DNA of 64,000 nt from Candidatus Omnitrophota bacterium (GCA_003598025.1 QZKH01000003.1:375221-439220); one strand, 5' to 3'; shown: positions 9,366-19,875, numbered from the stretch's first letter. The notes: generated from the letters alone by a model not told the origin. Numbers and translations: made by a program.

Positions 9366-10814
9366 TCAATAGATGCTGACTTCCTCTATATGCATGGAAG
9401 GGTCAGGGATAAGATTGATCTTGGTCCTGAATTTATTTTCCAGATACCTAAGGCTGTTTTTGTTTCTTAGCACCTCTTCGGCAACCAGGGAATTCAGTTT
9501 AAGGTTCAATTGCCTGTCCTTTTGAGGTTTCATGACTTTAAGCGCTTTTTTCAGTTCTTTCATTGCCGAAATTGATATGGTAAGCACGCTCCTTATCTTG
9601 CCTTTTCCGTTGCAATAAGGGCAATTTTGGAAGGTCATAGTCTGGACTGTATTGTGTATCCTCTCCCTGGTCATTTCAACTAAACCGAATTTAGAAATAC
9701 CGAGGATATCGTATTTAGCCCTATCATTACTAAGAGCGCGCTTAAGGGTATTTAAGACTTCCCTGCGATGGTTTTCTCTCTGCATATCAATAAAATCTAT
9801 CACTATAATCCCGCCCAAATCCCTTAGCACTAATTGCCGCGCCACTTCTTCGGCCGCCTCGCAATTAACCTTAAAAGCCGCTTCTTCCTGTTGGATATTT
9901 CTCTTAAATCCGCCGCTGTTAACGTCAATGACCACCAGACCCTCTGTCGGCTCGATAACCAGGTAGGCCTTAGATTTTAAATAAACTTTTGCATCAAATA
10001 TCCTGTTTATCTGTTTTTCGATATCTTTATCCAGGAATAAGTCTTCGCCCCTGTATAAATCTACCTTTGAGTTAAGATAATTCATAAAGGCCTTCATGAA
10101 CCTTTTTATCCTTATGAATTCATTCTTGGAATCAACTATTAACTTATCGACATCATCGCTGAATGAATCCCTGATAACCCTGAAAACCAAATCGTATTCT
10201 TCATATATTAGCGCAGGGGACTTCCTGGCCTGGATTATCCTCTCGATCCTCTTCCATAGCTTTATAAGAAAATAAGCGTCTCTCTGCAACTCCTGCTTTG
10301 ACTTCCCCCAGGCAGCAGTCCGGACGATAAAACCTACGCCCTTGGGCAGCTTGATCTCCGCAAGTATTGACCTGAGCCGTTTTCTTTCCTCATCATCTTC
10401 TATCCTTCGCGAAACCCCAATTTGCGAATCTTGAGGCATAAGCACAATATATCTTCCGGCTATGCCTATGTGGCAAGAAAGCCTCGGGCCTTTATTCCCA
10501 AAAGATTCTTTGACTACCTGCACCAGGACCTCCTGGCCCTTTTCTACTTTCTTTGCAGAAAAAACGGCATTATCAGATAATTCATAATTCGAATCAATCT
10601 CAGAAAGATAAAGGAACCCCTTTTTGTTTAAACCGATATCGACAAATGCCGCCCCAATAGAAGGCATAACTGCCTCTATCCTGCCTTTATAGATATTACC
10701 GACTATTGTTTTATCCTGGGGCCTCTCAATATAAAACTCCTGGAGCCGCCCGTCTTTTACTATCGCTACTCTCTTTTCCTGCTCTTCAATATTGATTAGA
10801 ATTTCTTTATGCAT
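9366..10814 (-). CDS. rng: Ribonuclease E/G family
   Basis: VGNIYKG, AAFVDIG, IDVNSG, LRDLGGIIVIDFIDM, CPYCNGKG; no long RNase E C-terminal tail. Confidence 0.9.
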   Translation of the reverse strand: MHKEILINIEEQEKRVAIVKDGRLQEFYIERPQDKTIVGNIYKGRIEAVMPSIGAAFVDIGLNKKGFLYLSEIDSNYELSDNAVFSAKKVEKGQEVLVQVVKESFGNKGPRLSCHIGIAGRYIVLMPQDSQIGVSRRIEDDEERKRLRSILAEIKLPKGVGFIVRTAAWGKSKQELQRDAYFLIKLWKRIERIIQARKSPALIYEEYDLVFRVIRDSFSDDVDKLIVDSKNEFIRIKRFMKAFMNYLNSKVDLYRGEDLFLDKDIEKQINRIFDAKVYLKSKAYLVIEPTEGLVVIDVNSGGFKRNIQQEEAAFKVNCEAAEEVARQLVLRDLGGIIVIDFIDMQRENHRREVLNTLKRALSNDRAKYDILGISKFGLVEMTRERIHNTVQTMTFQNCPYCNGKGKIRSVLTISISAMKELKKALKVMKPQKDRQLNLKLNSLVAEEVLRNKNSLRYLENKFRTKINLIPDPSMHIEEVSIY

Positions 10815-11124
10815 TTTTGTCTTCCTTATAAATAAGAACCTCTTTAATCTTTATGTCTGAAGGCAGCTGCTCCTGCAGCCTTTCCTTGAAATCTGATGCG
10901 GAAACCATTTTTTCCAAAATTATTGTCGCTTCCTGGTCAATACCCTTTAATCCCAGCTTCAATGCCTGCTTTATGCTGAATTTAGGATGCGGGTTGAATC
11001 CTTTTGTAATTAAAAGAGGGAATTCAGAACGCCTGAATGCCCTCATAAATAATCTCATTAAGTCCAGATGAGATATATATACCATCTGGCCTATCTTATC
11101 AAATTTAAAGTTTACGCTATACAT
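10807..11124 (-). CDS. TIGR03936/DUF2344-like radical-SAM-associated protein (short)
   Basis: YISHLDLMRLFMRAFRR...TKGFNPHPK motif; start probably MYSV at 11124 rather than 11178. Confidence 0.75.
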   Translation of the reverse strand: MYSVNFKFDKIGQMVYISHLDLMRLFMRAFRRSEFPLLITKGFNPHPKFSIKQALKLGLKGIDQEATIILEKMVSASDFKERLQEQLPSDIKIKEVLIYKEDKNA

Positions 11125-11132
11125 GCAAAATA

Positions 11133-11163
11133 AAGGGACACTCCTAATATTTAGAGTGCCCCC
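11133..11163 (-). terminator. Putative hairpin terminator downstream of pilQ
   Basis: Imperfect inverted repeat GGGACACTC...GAGTGCCCC followed by a T-rich tract on the minus strand. Confidence 0.4.
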
Positions 11164-11194
11164 ATTTTCCCGTATCAATAAGAACTCTCTAGGG

Positions 11195-12940
11195 CTATCT
11201 CTTCTTATTTTTCTTCTTGTTTTCCGGATCCGGATATCCTATGCCCTCAGGAGTAAGCCCAACCCGCTCCTCATATTTAGAAATATTCTCTACTGAGAAA
11301 TCTATATCCCGTATAACTCTGACAGTAATAAAGATCAATAAATCTATTTTTTGAGTATCAATTGTTTCTCTTTTAAACAATAAACCCAAAAGCGGGATCT
11401 TATTCAAGAACGGAACACTCAAGATCTGTTTCTTCTTAACATCTTTAAGCAGGCCTCCGATTACAATCGTCTCTCCATCCCTCATTAAGATACGCGTCTC
11501 AGCTTCTCTGGTATCGATTATCGGATAGGCGTTTGTACCAAGCGTGCTCGTATAATCAGTAACAGCAGGATGTATAACCATATTGATATCATCATTAGCT
11601 CCTACTTGAGGCACCACGTTAAGCTGAATACCAATATCCTGATAATAATCCAAAGTAACCTGTGTAGTCGCTGTTTCGGTGCCGGATATTTCAGTCTTGA
11701 GTATAGGATACCTGGTTCCTACAAGAATACTGGCCTCCTGATTATTAAGCGTTACTATGCTCGGGGACGATAACACATTGCTTCCGCTAGTTTCTTCCAC
11801 GGCATGTAAGATAGCCTCAAATTCATAACCGGTCAGTTTTTTAAAAATCAACTCCAGGCCGGCCTTGTAAGGATATGTACCGGGAAAAGTAGTTGTTCCT
11901 TCCGTCGGGCCAAAGACTGTAGGCGTAAATTCGGAAGCCAAATTTCTTCCGGCGACTGTCCGCGTATTACCTTTGTTGACGCCGATATCTTCAGGGGCCG
12001 TTGCATAACTTGAAGCTCCCGCGCTTCCTGTACCTAAATCAAGACCGATATCTTTAAGCTTATCCCGGTTTATCTCCACAACTTTTGTCTGGATTAAGAC
12101 CTGCTTGGGTTTAATATCTATCTTATCAATTACCTCCTTTAACTTATCCATAATCGGAGGTATATCGCTGACTATAAGTATTTTGGAACGGCTAAGTTTA
12201 TCTTCTGACGCCCTCTTTCTTTTTCCGAGTTCAGACCCTCCGAATTCCCAACCGGCCTGCCCTGTCATTTCCAAAACAGTGATCTTACCCCTTGATGATA
12301 ATTGTGGGTCAAGAGCCTTTTTTGCATCCTGCGCGTCAATATACTTTAAATTAAATACTTCAGTAACCGTCGGCTGAACCTGTGCCAACTCAACCTCTTG
12401 CTTCTTAAGCACAGTCAATTTTTCAATTGGCGCTACGGTTATAATATTAGCTTGTTTCTCGTAACCAAAACCATAGGTCCTTAAGATAACATCCAAAGCC
12501 TTTTCCCACGGTACATCAACCAACCTGATTGTGACATTACCTATAACCTCAGGAGTGGTAACAATATTTACTCCGGATTTATAAGAAATTATCTTGAGTA
12601 CATTACGGATATCAGCTTCTTTAAAATCTAATGTTACGTTCCTTGAAGCAGCTAAATCATCAATCACCGCTTCCTGTTTTTCTACAGGCTCAGTTTTTGC
12701 CTGTTCGGCAACCATGCCTTCATTTTCCATGGTTACTGCAGCAGGCGCTTCTTCAGTGCCGCTTATTGCAATCGGGGCTCTCGCATCCTGAACTAGCATC
12801 CCATGGGCTTCTTCCGGCAGCTGTTTTTTCTCTTGGTCCTGGCTAAATACACGGGTAGCGCCAAACGCTAATATTGAAGCAATTATCAGCGCTAAGATAA
12901 AATTGCGCTTATACATAGTAAAGACCCGGATAAATTTCAT
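11195..12940 (-). CDS. pilQ: Type IV pilus secretin
   Basis: TLDFKEADIRNVL and VPWEKALDVIL N-domains; secretin C-terminus (GETIVIGGL, VPFLNKIPLLGLLFK). Confidence 0.92.
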   Translation of the reverse strand: MKFIRVFTMYKRNFILALIIASILAFGATRVFSQDQEKKQLPEEAHGMLVQDARAPIAISGTEEAPAAVTMENEGMVAEQAKTEPVEKQEAVIDDLAASRNVTLDFKEADIRNVLKIISYKSGVNIVTTPEVIGNVTIRLVDVPWEKALDVILRTYGFGYEKQANIITVAPIEKLTVLKKQEVELAQVQPTVTEVFNLKYIDAQDAKKALDPQLSSRGKITVLEMTGQAGWEFGGSELGKRKRASEDKLSRSKILIVSDIPPIMDKLKEVIDKIDIKPKQVLIQTKVVEINRDKLKDIGLDLGTGSAGASSYATAPEDIGVNKGNTRTVAGRNLASEFTPTVFGPTEGTTTFPGTYPYKAGLELIFKKLTGYEFEAILHAVEETSGSNVLSSPSIVTLNNQEASILVGTRYPILKTEISGTETATTQVTLDYYQDIGIQLNVVPQVGANDDINMVIHPAVTDYTSTLGTNAYPIIDTREAETRILMRDGETIVIGGLLKDVKKKQILSVPFLNKIPLLGLLFKRETIDTQKIDLLIFITVRVIRDIDFSVENISKYEERVGLTPEGIGYPDPENKKKNKKR

Positions 12941-13311
12941 TCTTCCTCCTTCTTTAGTTTAACAACAAAGAGCTGACCCTCTCTTACGAACCTGACTTCA
13001 TCTTTTTCTATTTTAAGCACCTGATAATCTCCGACATAATCTCCGACATTCACAACATCCTGGTTTACTATAGCATAAGAAACGCCGTTCTCATCAAAGA
13101 TTATCCCCTCTAAAGCCAAGGCTTCATTTCCTTCCTCAACGTCGAGCTTAAGCAGCCTTCCGTCGGGAGTGACCAATGCAATAAAAGGATTGCGCTTACT
13201 ATGGCTATCATAAACAAAATCGGCCTGCGCTGCCGACAACTTCAGGCCTATAAATAAAACTGAAATAATTAATGTAATAAAAAAAGTTTTATTTTTTAAC
13301 ATATGCTTCAA
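12937..13311 (-). CDS. PilP-like pilus assembly protein
   Basis: KRNPF motif and LEGII...AIVN; lies between pilO and pilQ. Confidence 0.65.
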   Translation of the reverse strand: MKHMLKNKTFFITLIISVLFIGLKLSAAQADFVYDSHSKRNPFIALVTPDGRLLKLDVEEGNEALALEGIIFDENGVSYAIVNQDVVNVGDYVGDYQVLKIEKDEVRFVREGQLFVVKLKKEEE

Positions 13312-13831
13312 TCAGAAAATAAGCCTTTTGCTGGAAATTATCCCCAGGGACATTATTCATCCTGAATTCTTTTACAGCAATAAGTTCTTTAGAATTCTCC
13401 AAATCATTGATAAATGCCCCTATTCTATGGTAATCACCCAATAAATCAAGAGAGATCAGCGTAAGCCCCTGTGCCTGTTTTGCCTTACCTTCTTTGATCG
13501 GCTTCATCTGCATGATCCTCACGTTACGTTCGTTTGCTTTGTTAAATATAGTCTGTAATAATGCCGGTACTTGCTCCTCTTTTATGATCAACCTGGATGC
13601 TAACGCATTATCTTTGACCAAAGAAGCGTTCTTTAATAATTCCAGATCTTTATTTATCTGTGATATCTCTTCTCTTAATTTTGAAACTTTAGTGTCCGCA
13701 GCTTTAAGAGAGCGCAATTGTGCCGGGAATAAAAGTGCTATATCCAGATACAATATAGTACAAGCAACTATCAAAATCAGCACAAGCTTTTTGCTATCCA
13801 GCTCAATCTTTTCGATAATGTCGATATTCAT
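13289..13831 (-). CDS. pilO: Type IV pilus assembly protein PilO
   Basis: N-terminal TM, coiled coil, GDYHRIGAFINDLE; synteny. Confidence 0.82.
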   Translation of the reverse strand: MNIDIIEKIELDSKKLVLILIVACTILYLDIALLFPAQLRSLKAADTKVSKLREEISQINKDLELLKNASLVKDNALASRLIIKEEQVPALLQTIFNKANERNVRIMQMKPIKEGKAKQAQGLTLISLDLLGDYHRIGAFINDLENSKELIAVKEFRMNNVPGDNFQQKAYFLIEAYVKK

Positions 13832-13834
13832 CTC

Positions 13835-14404
13835 TTATTTATGCTCCCCGCTTAAGGTAAACTCGACGATCTCATAACCTGCCAGCATCTTTCTTTGGGC
13901 TGAAACCAGCTCGATCTTGGTGAAATTCTTATAAAAATCATGGTCCTTCCTGAGTTTTTCTATGAATTCATTTATAAGGTTCATCTCTGCTTTCTCTAAA
14001 GAGACTACCGAACCTTTAATAGTAAAGTCCTTGTCTGCTGAACTTACCTCTGTAAACCATACCCCTGAAGGCAAATCCATGCTAAGCCTGTTTATCTTCT
14101 GAGACCAATTTATCCTCTTCCTTAATATATCTTCTATCTGTTTAGTATCCTGGCTAAACAGCTGCTTATCCTGCCTGAATTTCTCCAGAGTTGTCTTATT
14201 TGGCTCAAGCTTGGCTAATTCAGACCTGCGCCTGTTTAAATCAATTCCCTTAACCAAGCCTAATAATACTAAAAATAAATGGGCAATTATCAATACGGAA
14301 AAAACCAGAGGTATAATATAAAGTAGTTTCTTATTTTTAGCACTCTGCTCAGTCTTCTTTATTTTAGTCTTTAGCTCTTCTGGAAGAAGGTTTATCTCAA
14401 TCAT
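13835..14404 (-). CDS. pilN: Type IV pilus assembly protein PilN
   Basis: INLLP N-terminal motif, TM, LPSGVWFT. Confidence 0.87.
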   Translation of the reverse strand: MIEINLLPEELKTKIKKTEQSAKNKKLLYIIPLVFSVLIIAHLFLVLLGLVKGIDLNRRRSELAKLEPNKTTLEKFRQDKQLFSQDTKQIEDILRKRINWSQKINRLSMDLPSGVWFTEVSSADKDFTIKGSVVSLEKAEMNLINEFIEKLRKDHDFYKNFTKIELVSAQRKMLAGYEIVEFTLSGEHK

Positions 14405-14407
14405 ATT

Positions 14408-15436
14408 TTAAGTACGTAGAGCCAGCCCGATCGCTACAGCCAGCTGGCCGGAATATTGTTTCAGCTTATCTGAATCTACCGTATCAGCGATAGTTATATT
14501 CCTAAGCACATCCCAATGTTCTACCTGTATACCCATAAGATTTGTCAGGCTTTCCCTTAAGCCGGCAAACATACTGCTCCCCCCGGTTAAATAAATCCTG
14601 CTTACAGAGGAGGCATTCTGGCTTTCATAATAATCAAAAGATGTCCTTAAATCCCTGGCTAAATTAGACAATACGTTATCAATACAAGAAATAACGCTTG
14701 AGGTTTGCTTCTCAGGGCTTACTTTTATCTTCTCGGCCTCTTTAAATTCTAAACCCTGAATATCCGATATCTTTTTCGTAAAATGATTTCCTGCAATATG
14801 GATATCCCTGCTTAACCTAGGAAATCCGCTATCAAGTATGTTTAAATTACTTTCGGTTGCTCCGATATTAAGTAAAGCCACTGCTTTATCTTTAATAGAC
14901 TCGTCATCGCTATAATTGTGGTTGAAAGTATTAATCAAAGCAATGGAATCTATATCAACGGCACCGAGCCTGACGCCCAGGTTATCGCAGAGCTTAATCC
15001 TTGACTCTATGGCATCTTTTTTTGCAGCGGCCAACAGAACCAGCATCTTGTTATCCGGTAAATCATCTTTTAAAATAAAACCATCGACATTCACTTCAGA
15101 CAAAGGGAAGGGGATGTGTTTTTGTGCCTCGAATTTAAGAGCCTGCTTAAACTCATCGTTGCTCATCTTCGGGAAGTCTGTATACCTGGTAATAGTCTGT
15201 AACCCTGACAGGGAGAGATTCAATTTCTTGATGCCGAATGACTGGAAGTGCCTCTTAAGCAATCCCTCAAGATCAAGGCCTACGGGCTCAACCGCGAAAC
15301 CTTCTATATTGACACTATCCTTTAAAACGCTGAGTTTAACCAGCTTGATAAAGTGGGAACCTAAATCTAGTCCAAATGATAGCCGCGGCTTGAAAGGGAT
15401 CTTTGGTTTAACTTTCGGGAAAGGGACAATCTTCAT
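14408..15436 (-). CDS. pilM: Type IV pilus assembly protein PilM
   Basis: GLDLGSHFIK, HIPFPL, LTGGSS, AIGLALR actin-like fold. Confidence 0.92.
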   Translation of the reverse strand: MKIVPFPKVKPKIPFKPRLSFGLDLGSHFIKLVKLSVLKDSVNIEGFAVEPVGLDLEGLLKRHFQSFGIKKLNLSLSGLQTITRYTDFPKMSNDEFKQALKFEAQKHIPFPLSEVNVDGFILKDDLPDNKMLVLLAAAKKDAIESRIKLCDNLGVRLGAVDIDSIALINTFNHNYSDDESIKDKAVALLNIGATESNLNILDSGFPRLSRDIHIAGNHFTKKISDIQGLEFKEAEKIKVSPEKQTSSVISCIDNVLSNLARDLRTSFDYYESQNASSVSRIYLTGGSSMFAGLRESLTNLMGIQVEHWDVLRNITIADTVDSDKLKQYSGQLAVAIGLALRT

Positions 15437-15478
15437 AGTTATTATTATATCAAAAAAATAAATATTAAATATTAAATT

Positions 15479-16363
15479 TTATAATTCTTGCCAAGAAACG
15501 ACTTCCGGGTGCAAGAACTGTAAACTTGATAAAGCATCCGTTATAGCCGCAATATCATAATTAAGTGTGACGTTTCCAGTCATAGTCGTATCTTCTACTA
15601 TTTCTGTATCGCTCTCAGCAAGTACTGTCCCGTTTATAACCGGATTGCCGGAAAGGCGGAGTTCTCCTATTACATAAATTATTCCGCTGAACGTACCCCC
15701 TGTTATTTGCGCATCACCGGCTACGACCAATATACCGCTGCCTGACCAAGTATCGCTTGCTATGCGGAATTCATTCCCGGGGCTTACGTCTACCCAGGTT
15801 ATCCCATCAACCGGTGTAATATCAACCGCCGGGTCTGAATAATAATTCGTAGCAAAAGACCTTATATCCTCTTTGCTATAACCAAATAAATCAGGAAAAT
15901 CAAGCACGGAATATTCTTTTTTGCTATCGCTAGGGTTAATATCAACACTGCCTCTGATCACAAGATGCACAGTAGTCTCAATAGCATACTGGAATTTTGA
16001 AGGGTCAATAGCGTTTGTCTTTGCAACAGCCCTTAATCTCCTGCTGATTACTTCGTCTTGGCCTGCCAGCCTTGGGAGCGTTACAGTGCCGGTAGAATCA
16101 ATCTGGTAATATAACCCGGTTAAGTTAGAGACATTAACATCATAACAATTATTCGTTTCTATGCATCCTGCTGTGCCTAAAGGCAAATGGTACAGGCCTT
16201 CAGCAATTCCTGCCTCAGCAAGCCAGAAAGCCTTCACGGAATTAACATATCTTCTTGAGAGGTTATTTTCATTCATGGTAGTCAAGAAAAACGAGCCGAG
16301 CATAACCATAAAAACAAAAATTATAAGTAAACCAAATACTAAAGCAGCTCCCTTTTTATCCAT
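15479..16363 (-). CDS. PilX-like minor pilin
   Basis: KKG|AALV hydrophobic N-terminus and AFWLAEAGI motif. Confidence 0.75.
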   Translation of the reverse strand: MDKKGAALVFGLLIIFVFMVMLGSFFLTTMNENNLSRRYVNSVKAFWLAEAGIAEGLYHLPLGTAGCIETNNCYDVNVSNLTGLYYQIDSTGTVTLPRLAGQDEVISRRLRAVAKTNAIDPSKFQYAIETTVHLVIRGSVDINPSDSKKEYSVLDFPDLFGYSKEDIRSFATNYYSDPAVDITPVDGITWVDVSPGNEFRIASDTWSGSGILVVAGDAQITGGTFSGIIYVIGELRLSGNPVINGTVLAESDTEIVEDTTMTGNVTLNYDIAAITDALSSLQFLHPEVVSWQEL

Positions 16364-16931
16364 TTCTTAACCTTATCTCCGTAGTTAATGTTACCTGTGG
16401 ATTGATATTACCTATTGCATTTTCTCTTACTGTTACCGTCACCGTCAATTTATTATTAATAAGCTCTGTAATATCAAAGGGCGGAACCATAATATTATCA
16501 AATTCCCAGCTCTTAACGCTCAACCCATCGATCTGGCGCCTTGTCAATGTATTATTGATAGGATTGTAAATATACTCTATAAACTCACTGCTCCATAAGA
16601 GGTTCGAACCGTCATGCCCGATACATTGCTTAAATTTTATATGCCCGTTCGTAGGCAGGTTATTAATGATCTGATAACTGCTGGTTTGCCGGACATCTTT
16701 TACAATCCAGCCCATAATGTTGCGCGCATTTTGCTCAACAGAAAGCTTAGCTATATTAACCCGGTCTGATAGATGCACGGCATTAAGCACGAAAATGAGC
16801 ATACCTGCGATTACAATGAATATCGCGCTTGTTATTAAAACCTCAATTAAAGTAAAGGCTTTAATTTTACCTGGGTATACGGGTAACAATTTCAATATTT
16901 CTCTGCCTCTGCCTTTCAGTCCAGCTGACAT
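16356..16931 (-). CDS. Prepilin-type minor pilin (PilW-like); true start probably TTG near 16895
   Basis: A|FTLIEVLI prepilin motif. Confidence 0.75.
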   Translation of the reverse strand: MSAGLKGRGREILKLLPVYPGKIKAFTLIEVLITSAIFIVIAGMLIFVLNAVHLSDRVNIAKLSVEQNARNIMGWIVKDVRQTSSYQIINNLPTNGHIKFKQCIGHDGSNLLWSSEFIEYIYNPINNTLTRRQIDGLSVKSWEFDNIMVPPFDITELINNKLTVTVTVRENAIGNINPQVTLTTEIRLRNG

Positions 16932-17244
16932 TAACTCTTATTTGAGCTATCTTTGAGCCTATGCTTCTGTTTATTGTAACAGCCTCATCTTGCAAATTTG
17001 TTAAAGAAGGCGGCACATATGTAGCGATATTATTATAGGCCAGGGATTTCATCTGCTCTAAGACCATCTGGGCATCATTAGTGGCGGTGATTAAATTGGC
17101 ATTTGATTCGTTAAGTAATATACAAACAACGTAAGAATACAATAACCCCGAGATAACGATAACCAGTATGACTATAGTTGTCATCAGCTCAAGAAGTGTA
17201 AATCCCTTGCCTTTCTTAAAACAGCTTTTAGCTAACTTAGGCAT
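16867..17244 (-). CDS. Prepilin-type minor pilin (PilV-like)
   Basis: KG|FTLLELM motif; short globular domain. Confidence 0.78.
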   Translation of the reverse strand: MPKLAKSCFKKGKGFTLLELMTTIVILVIVISGLLYSYVVCILLNESNANLITATNDAQMVLEQMKSLAYNNIATYVPPSLTNLQDEAVTINRSIGSKIAQIRVNVSWTERQRQRNIEIVTRIPR

Positions 17245-17259
17245 ATGAATAGTTAAAAG

Positions 17260-17694
17260 TTATTTAACAATTTCATCATCAGGGCCTGCTGGTCCGCTGG
17301 AATTAGATCTGATTATCCCGCTCTCATCAAGATAAAAATATTTGCCTTTTAACAACCCCGTAGAAGTAGGGTTTGCATTGACGGTAAAATGGTCGTTATC
17401 CACCAAAGAATAATTAAATTGGTAACTCTGTTTTCTCCCTGAGGCAATCGTATTATCCAGGTACGGCGGATTAGCTGCAGGCTCTGCCATATCAGTCATA
17501 CTGGAGGGATATGCTTCTTCGTTAACATGGTAGAGCTGACAGGCATTATTGATCGCCTTAAGGTTGCCTAATGCCGCGCTTTCGTTGGCTACTACCCTTG
17601 ACCGCAATATATTCGGCACAGCCAAAGTTATCAATCCGGCAACCAAACCTACTACAATCATTATTTCAACCAACGTAAAGCCTCTTTTGCCCAT
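17260..17694 (-). CDS. Type IV pilin
   Basis: RG|FTLVEIMIVV motif. Confidence 0.88.
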   Translation of the reverse strand: MGKRGFTLVEIMIVVGLVAGLITLAVPNILRSRVVANESAALGNLKAINNACQLYHVNEEAYPSSMTDMAEPAANPPYLDNTIASGRKQSYQFNYSLVDNDHFTVNANPTSTGLLKGKYFYLDESGIIRSNSSGPAGPDDEIVK

Positions 17695-17701
17695 ATGAGG
17701 A

Positions 17702-18124
17702 CTACTCCTTTTTATAGCAGTTCTCCGTTTTAATCACTCCGCCGGTAGAAACTGAATACACGGTGTTGCCGCTTACTCTGCAGATAATCGGGCGGGCGTT
17801 ACAGCTGTAGCCTGACTCATCAAGGCGGTTGCAGTTAAAATTATAGCCTCTTAAAAATGATTGCCCGGTATAATCTTTATCAAGATAATACGGCTCAGCA
17901 TCAACAAGCTTATTTATATTATCCGGGAATAAGCTTTTATGGTCTTTGGCATATTTTTCTATTGCCGCAGAAACAAGCTTAAGCGTGCTCAACGCGTTGG
18001 ACTCATTCTGCTTTATGCTGAATTTTATCAGATGCTCCAGCCCAAACCTGAGGGAAACCGAAGCCACAGCAATTACTATCATTATTGTGATGAAACTTTT
18101 TGCGTTACAAGAGGTTAAATTCAT
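17702..18124 (-). CDS. Pilin-like protein with degenerate prepilin motif
   Basis: S|FITIMIVIAV hydrophobic helix; C-terminus (GYNF...YSCNARP..C) is paralogous to neighbouring pilins. Confidence 0.65.
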   Translation of the reverse strand: MNLTSCNAKSFITIMIVIAVASVSLRFGLEHLIKFSIKQNESNALSTLKLVSAAIEKYAKDHKSLFPDNINKLVDAEPYYLDKDYTGQSFLRGYNFNCNRLDESGYSCNARPIICRVSGNTVYSVSTGGVIKTENCYKKE

Positions 18125-18177
18125 ATTTGTTTTGATTTTAGCATAAAATCAGGCTTACGCAAGCAAAATTATTTTAC

Positions 18178-18216
18178 AAAAAAATAAGGGGCTTCTATCT
18201 TTCGATAAAAGCCCCC
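18178..18216 (-). terminator. Intrinsic terminator after the major pilin gene
   Basis: Minus strand GGGGCTTTTATCGAAAGATAGAAGCCCC followed by TTATTTTTTT. Confidence 0.75.
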
Positions 18217-18240
18217 ACACACTAAAAAACTAACAGCCAG

Positions 18241-18648
18241 TTACACGCAAGCAGCTGATGTTAATACACCGCCTGTTGTAATAGTGTAAGTTTGCGTACC
18301 GGTCGTACCGCAGGTTACTGGCGTAGCTGTGCAGCTATATCCGGCTACTCCCATGGTTCCGCATGCGAAATTATACCCCTGACGTGCTGCTGCGGTATAA
18401 TTTTCATTTAAATAAGGAGGAGTTGCTGTTGTTAAATCGGTGAATGCTGCTGGATAATTACCATTATTTGCCGCTGCAAAGCTCTCACAAGCAGTAGAAA
18501 TAGTCCTTAGGGTTGCCTGTGCATTTGTCTGGTTTGCATTGACTCTTGCACGTAATAAGTTGGGAATTGCTATGGCAGCCAGCAATGCTATGATAGCAAC
18601 AACAATCATGATTTCGACTAATGTAAAACCTCTCTTCTTCATGGCCAA
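18241..18648 (-). CDS. Probable major type IV pilin
   Basis: RG|FTLVEIMIVVAIIALLAAIAIP; own promoter, strong RBS and terminator. Confidence 0.88.
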   Translation of the reverse strand: MAMKKRGFTLVEIMIVVAIIALLAAIAIPNLLRARVNANQTNAQATLRTISTACESFAAANNGNYPAAFTDLTTATPPYLNENYTAAARQGYNFACGTMGVAGYSCTATPVTCGTTGTQTYTITTGGVLTSAACV

Positions 18649-18768
18649 TGACCTCCTCTCTAAGGTTAAATTAGCTCTGACTCTCTGTCCTCGCTCTTAC
18701 GATCATCTTATAATTATAACTTTTTAACGCGAGGTGTTCAAAGAGCAAGCCGCCTTGGCTTATTTGTT

Positions 18769-18797
18769 CTTATATCACCTACCTTGCTTATTGTCAA
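18769..18797 (-). promoter_or_regulatory. sigma70-type promoter of the major pilin gene
   Basis: TTGACA-17 bp-TATAAG on the minus strand. Confidence 0.65.
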
Positions 18798-18801
18798 GAA
18801 T

Positions 18802-18837
18802 AAAAAAACCTATCCACCATTTATGGCGAATAGGTTT
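18802..18837 (-). terminator. Intrinsic terminator of the nucleotide-sugar operon
   Basis: Minus strand AAACCTATTCGCCAT-AA-ATGGTGGATAGGTTT followed by further Ts. Confidence 0.65.
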
Positions 18838-18936
18838 GTTAAGCTATTAAAATATAATAATTTATTATAAAAACGTCTTACTTCCCTATCCTTATAAATG
18901 GCTCTATCGTAAGTATAACATAATTACCCGCCAAAT

Positions 18937-19875
18937 TCAATGCGCCCGGTTAGACCTGAACCAGGAGATAGTCTCGGTTAAGCCTTCGTCCAGCTTTATT
19001 TTAGGTTTCCAGCCCAATAATTTCTTAGCCTTACTTATATTTGGCTGGCGCTGGCGCGGATCATCCTGAGGAAGCGGTTTAAATATTATCTTTGATTTTG
19101 TTCCAGTAAAATCTATGACCTTTCTGGCAAGCTCAAGGATGGTAAACTCGTCAGGGTTCCCTAAATTTACAGGGTCATTATATTTTGAGAACATAAGTTT
19201 TATTATGCCGCTTACCAGGTCGCTTACATAACAGAAACTTCTGGTTTGGTTACCTGTGCCATAAACGGTAATTGGCTTACTATTTAATGCCTGATATATA
19301 AAATTAGGCACCACTCTTCCGTCATTCATCCTCATTCTCGGTCCATAGGTATTAAAAATCCTTACGATTTTGATATCAACCCTATGCACTCTGCGGTAAG
19401 CCATAGCAATAGCTTCCCCGAAACGTTTTGCTTCATCATAACATCCGCGCACCCCCACAGGATTGACATGCCCCCAGTAAGATTCAGGCTGAGGGTGGAC
19501 ATGCGGGTCGCCATAGACCTCAGATGTAGAAGCAAGGATAAATTTCGCTTTCTTGTCTTTTGCCAGGCCAAGGGCATTATGCGTGCCCAGAGAACCGACT
19601 TTCAATGTTTGTATAGGATATTTCAAATAGTCTTCGGGGGAAGCAGGCGAGGCAAAATGCATAACATAATCTAACTTACCGCTATAGTTAATGAATTTCG
19701 TAACATTATGCTCAATAAAGCTGAAATTCTTCTCTTTAAATAAGTGCCGGATATTTTCTTTTGACCCGGTTATAAAATTATCCATGCATATTACTTTATG
19801 CCCTTTTGCAATCAACGCATCACAGAGATGGGAACCGATAAAACCAGCTCCTCCAGTTATCAAGAATTTTTTCAT
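18937..19875 (-). CDS. UDP-glucuronate decarboxylase family SDR
   Basis: [42 protein letters not shown]. Confidence 0.92.
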   Translation of the reverse strand: MKKFLITGGAGFIGSHLCDALIAKGHKVICMDNFITGSKENIRHLFKEKNFSFIEHNVTKFINYSGKLDYVMHFASPASPEDYLKYPIQTLKVGSLGTHNALGLAKDKKAKFILASTSEVYGDPHVHPQPESYWGHVNPVGVRGCYDEAKRFGEAIAMAYRRVHRVDIKIVRIFNTYGPRMRMNDGRVVPNFIYQALNSKPITVYGTGNQTRSFCYVSDLVSGIIKLMFSKYNDPVNLGNPDEFTILELARKVIDFTGTKSKIIFKPLPQDDPRQRQPNISKAKKLLGWKPKIKLDEGLTETISWFRSNRAH

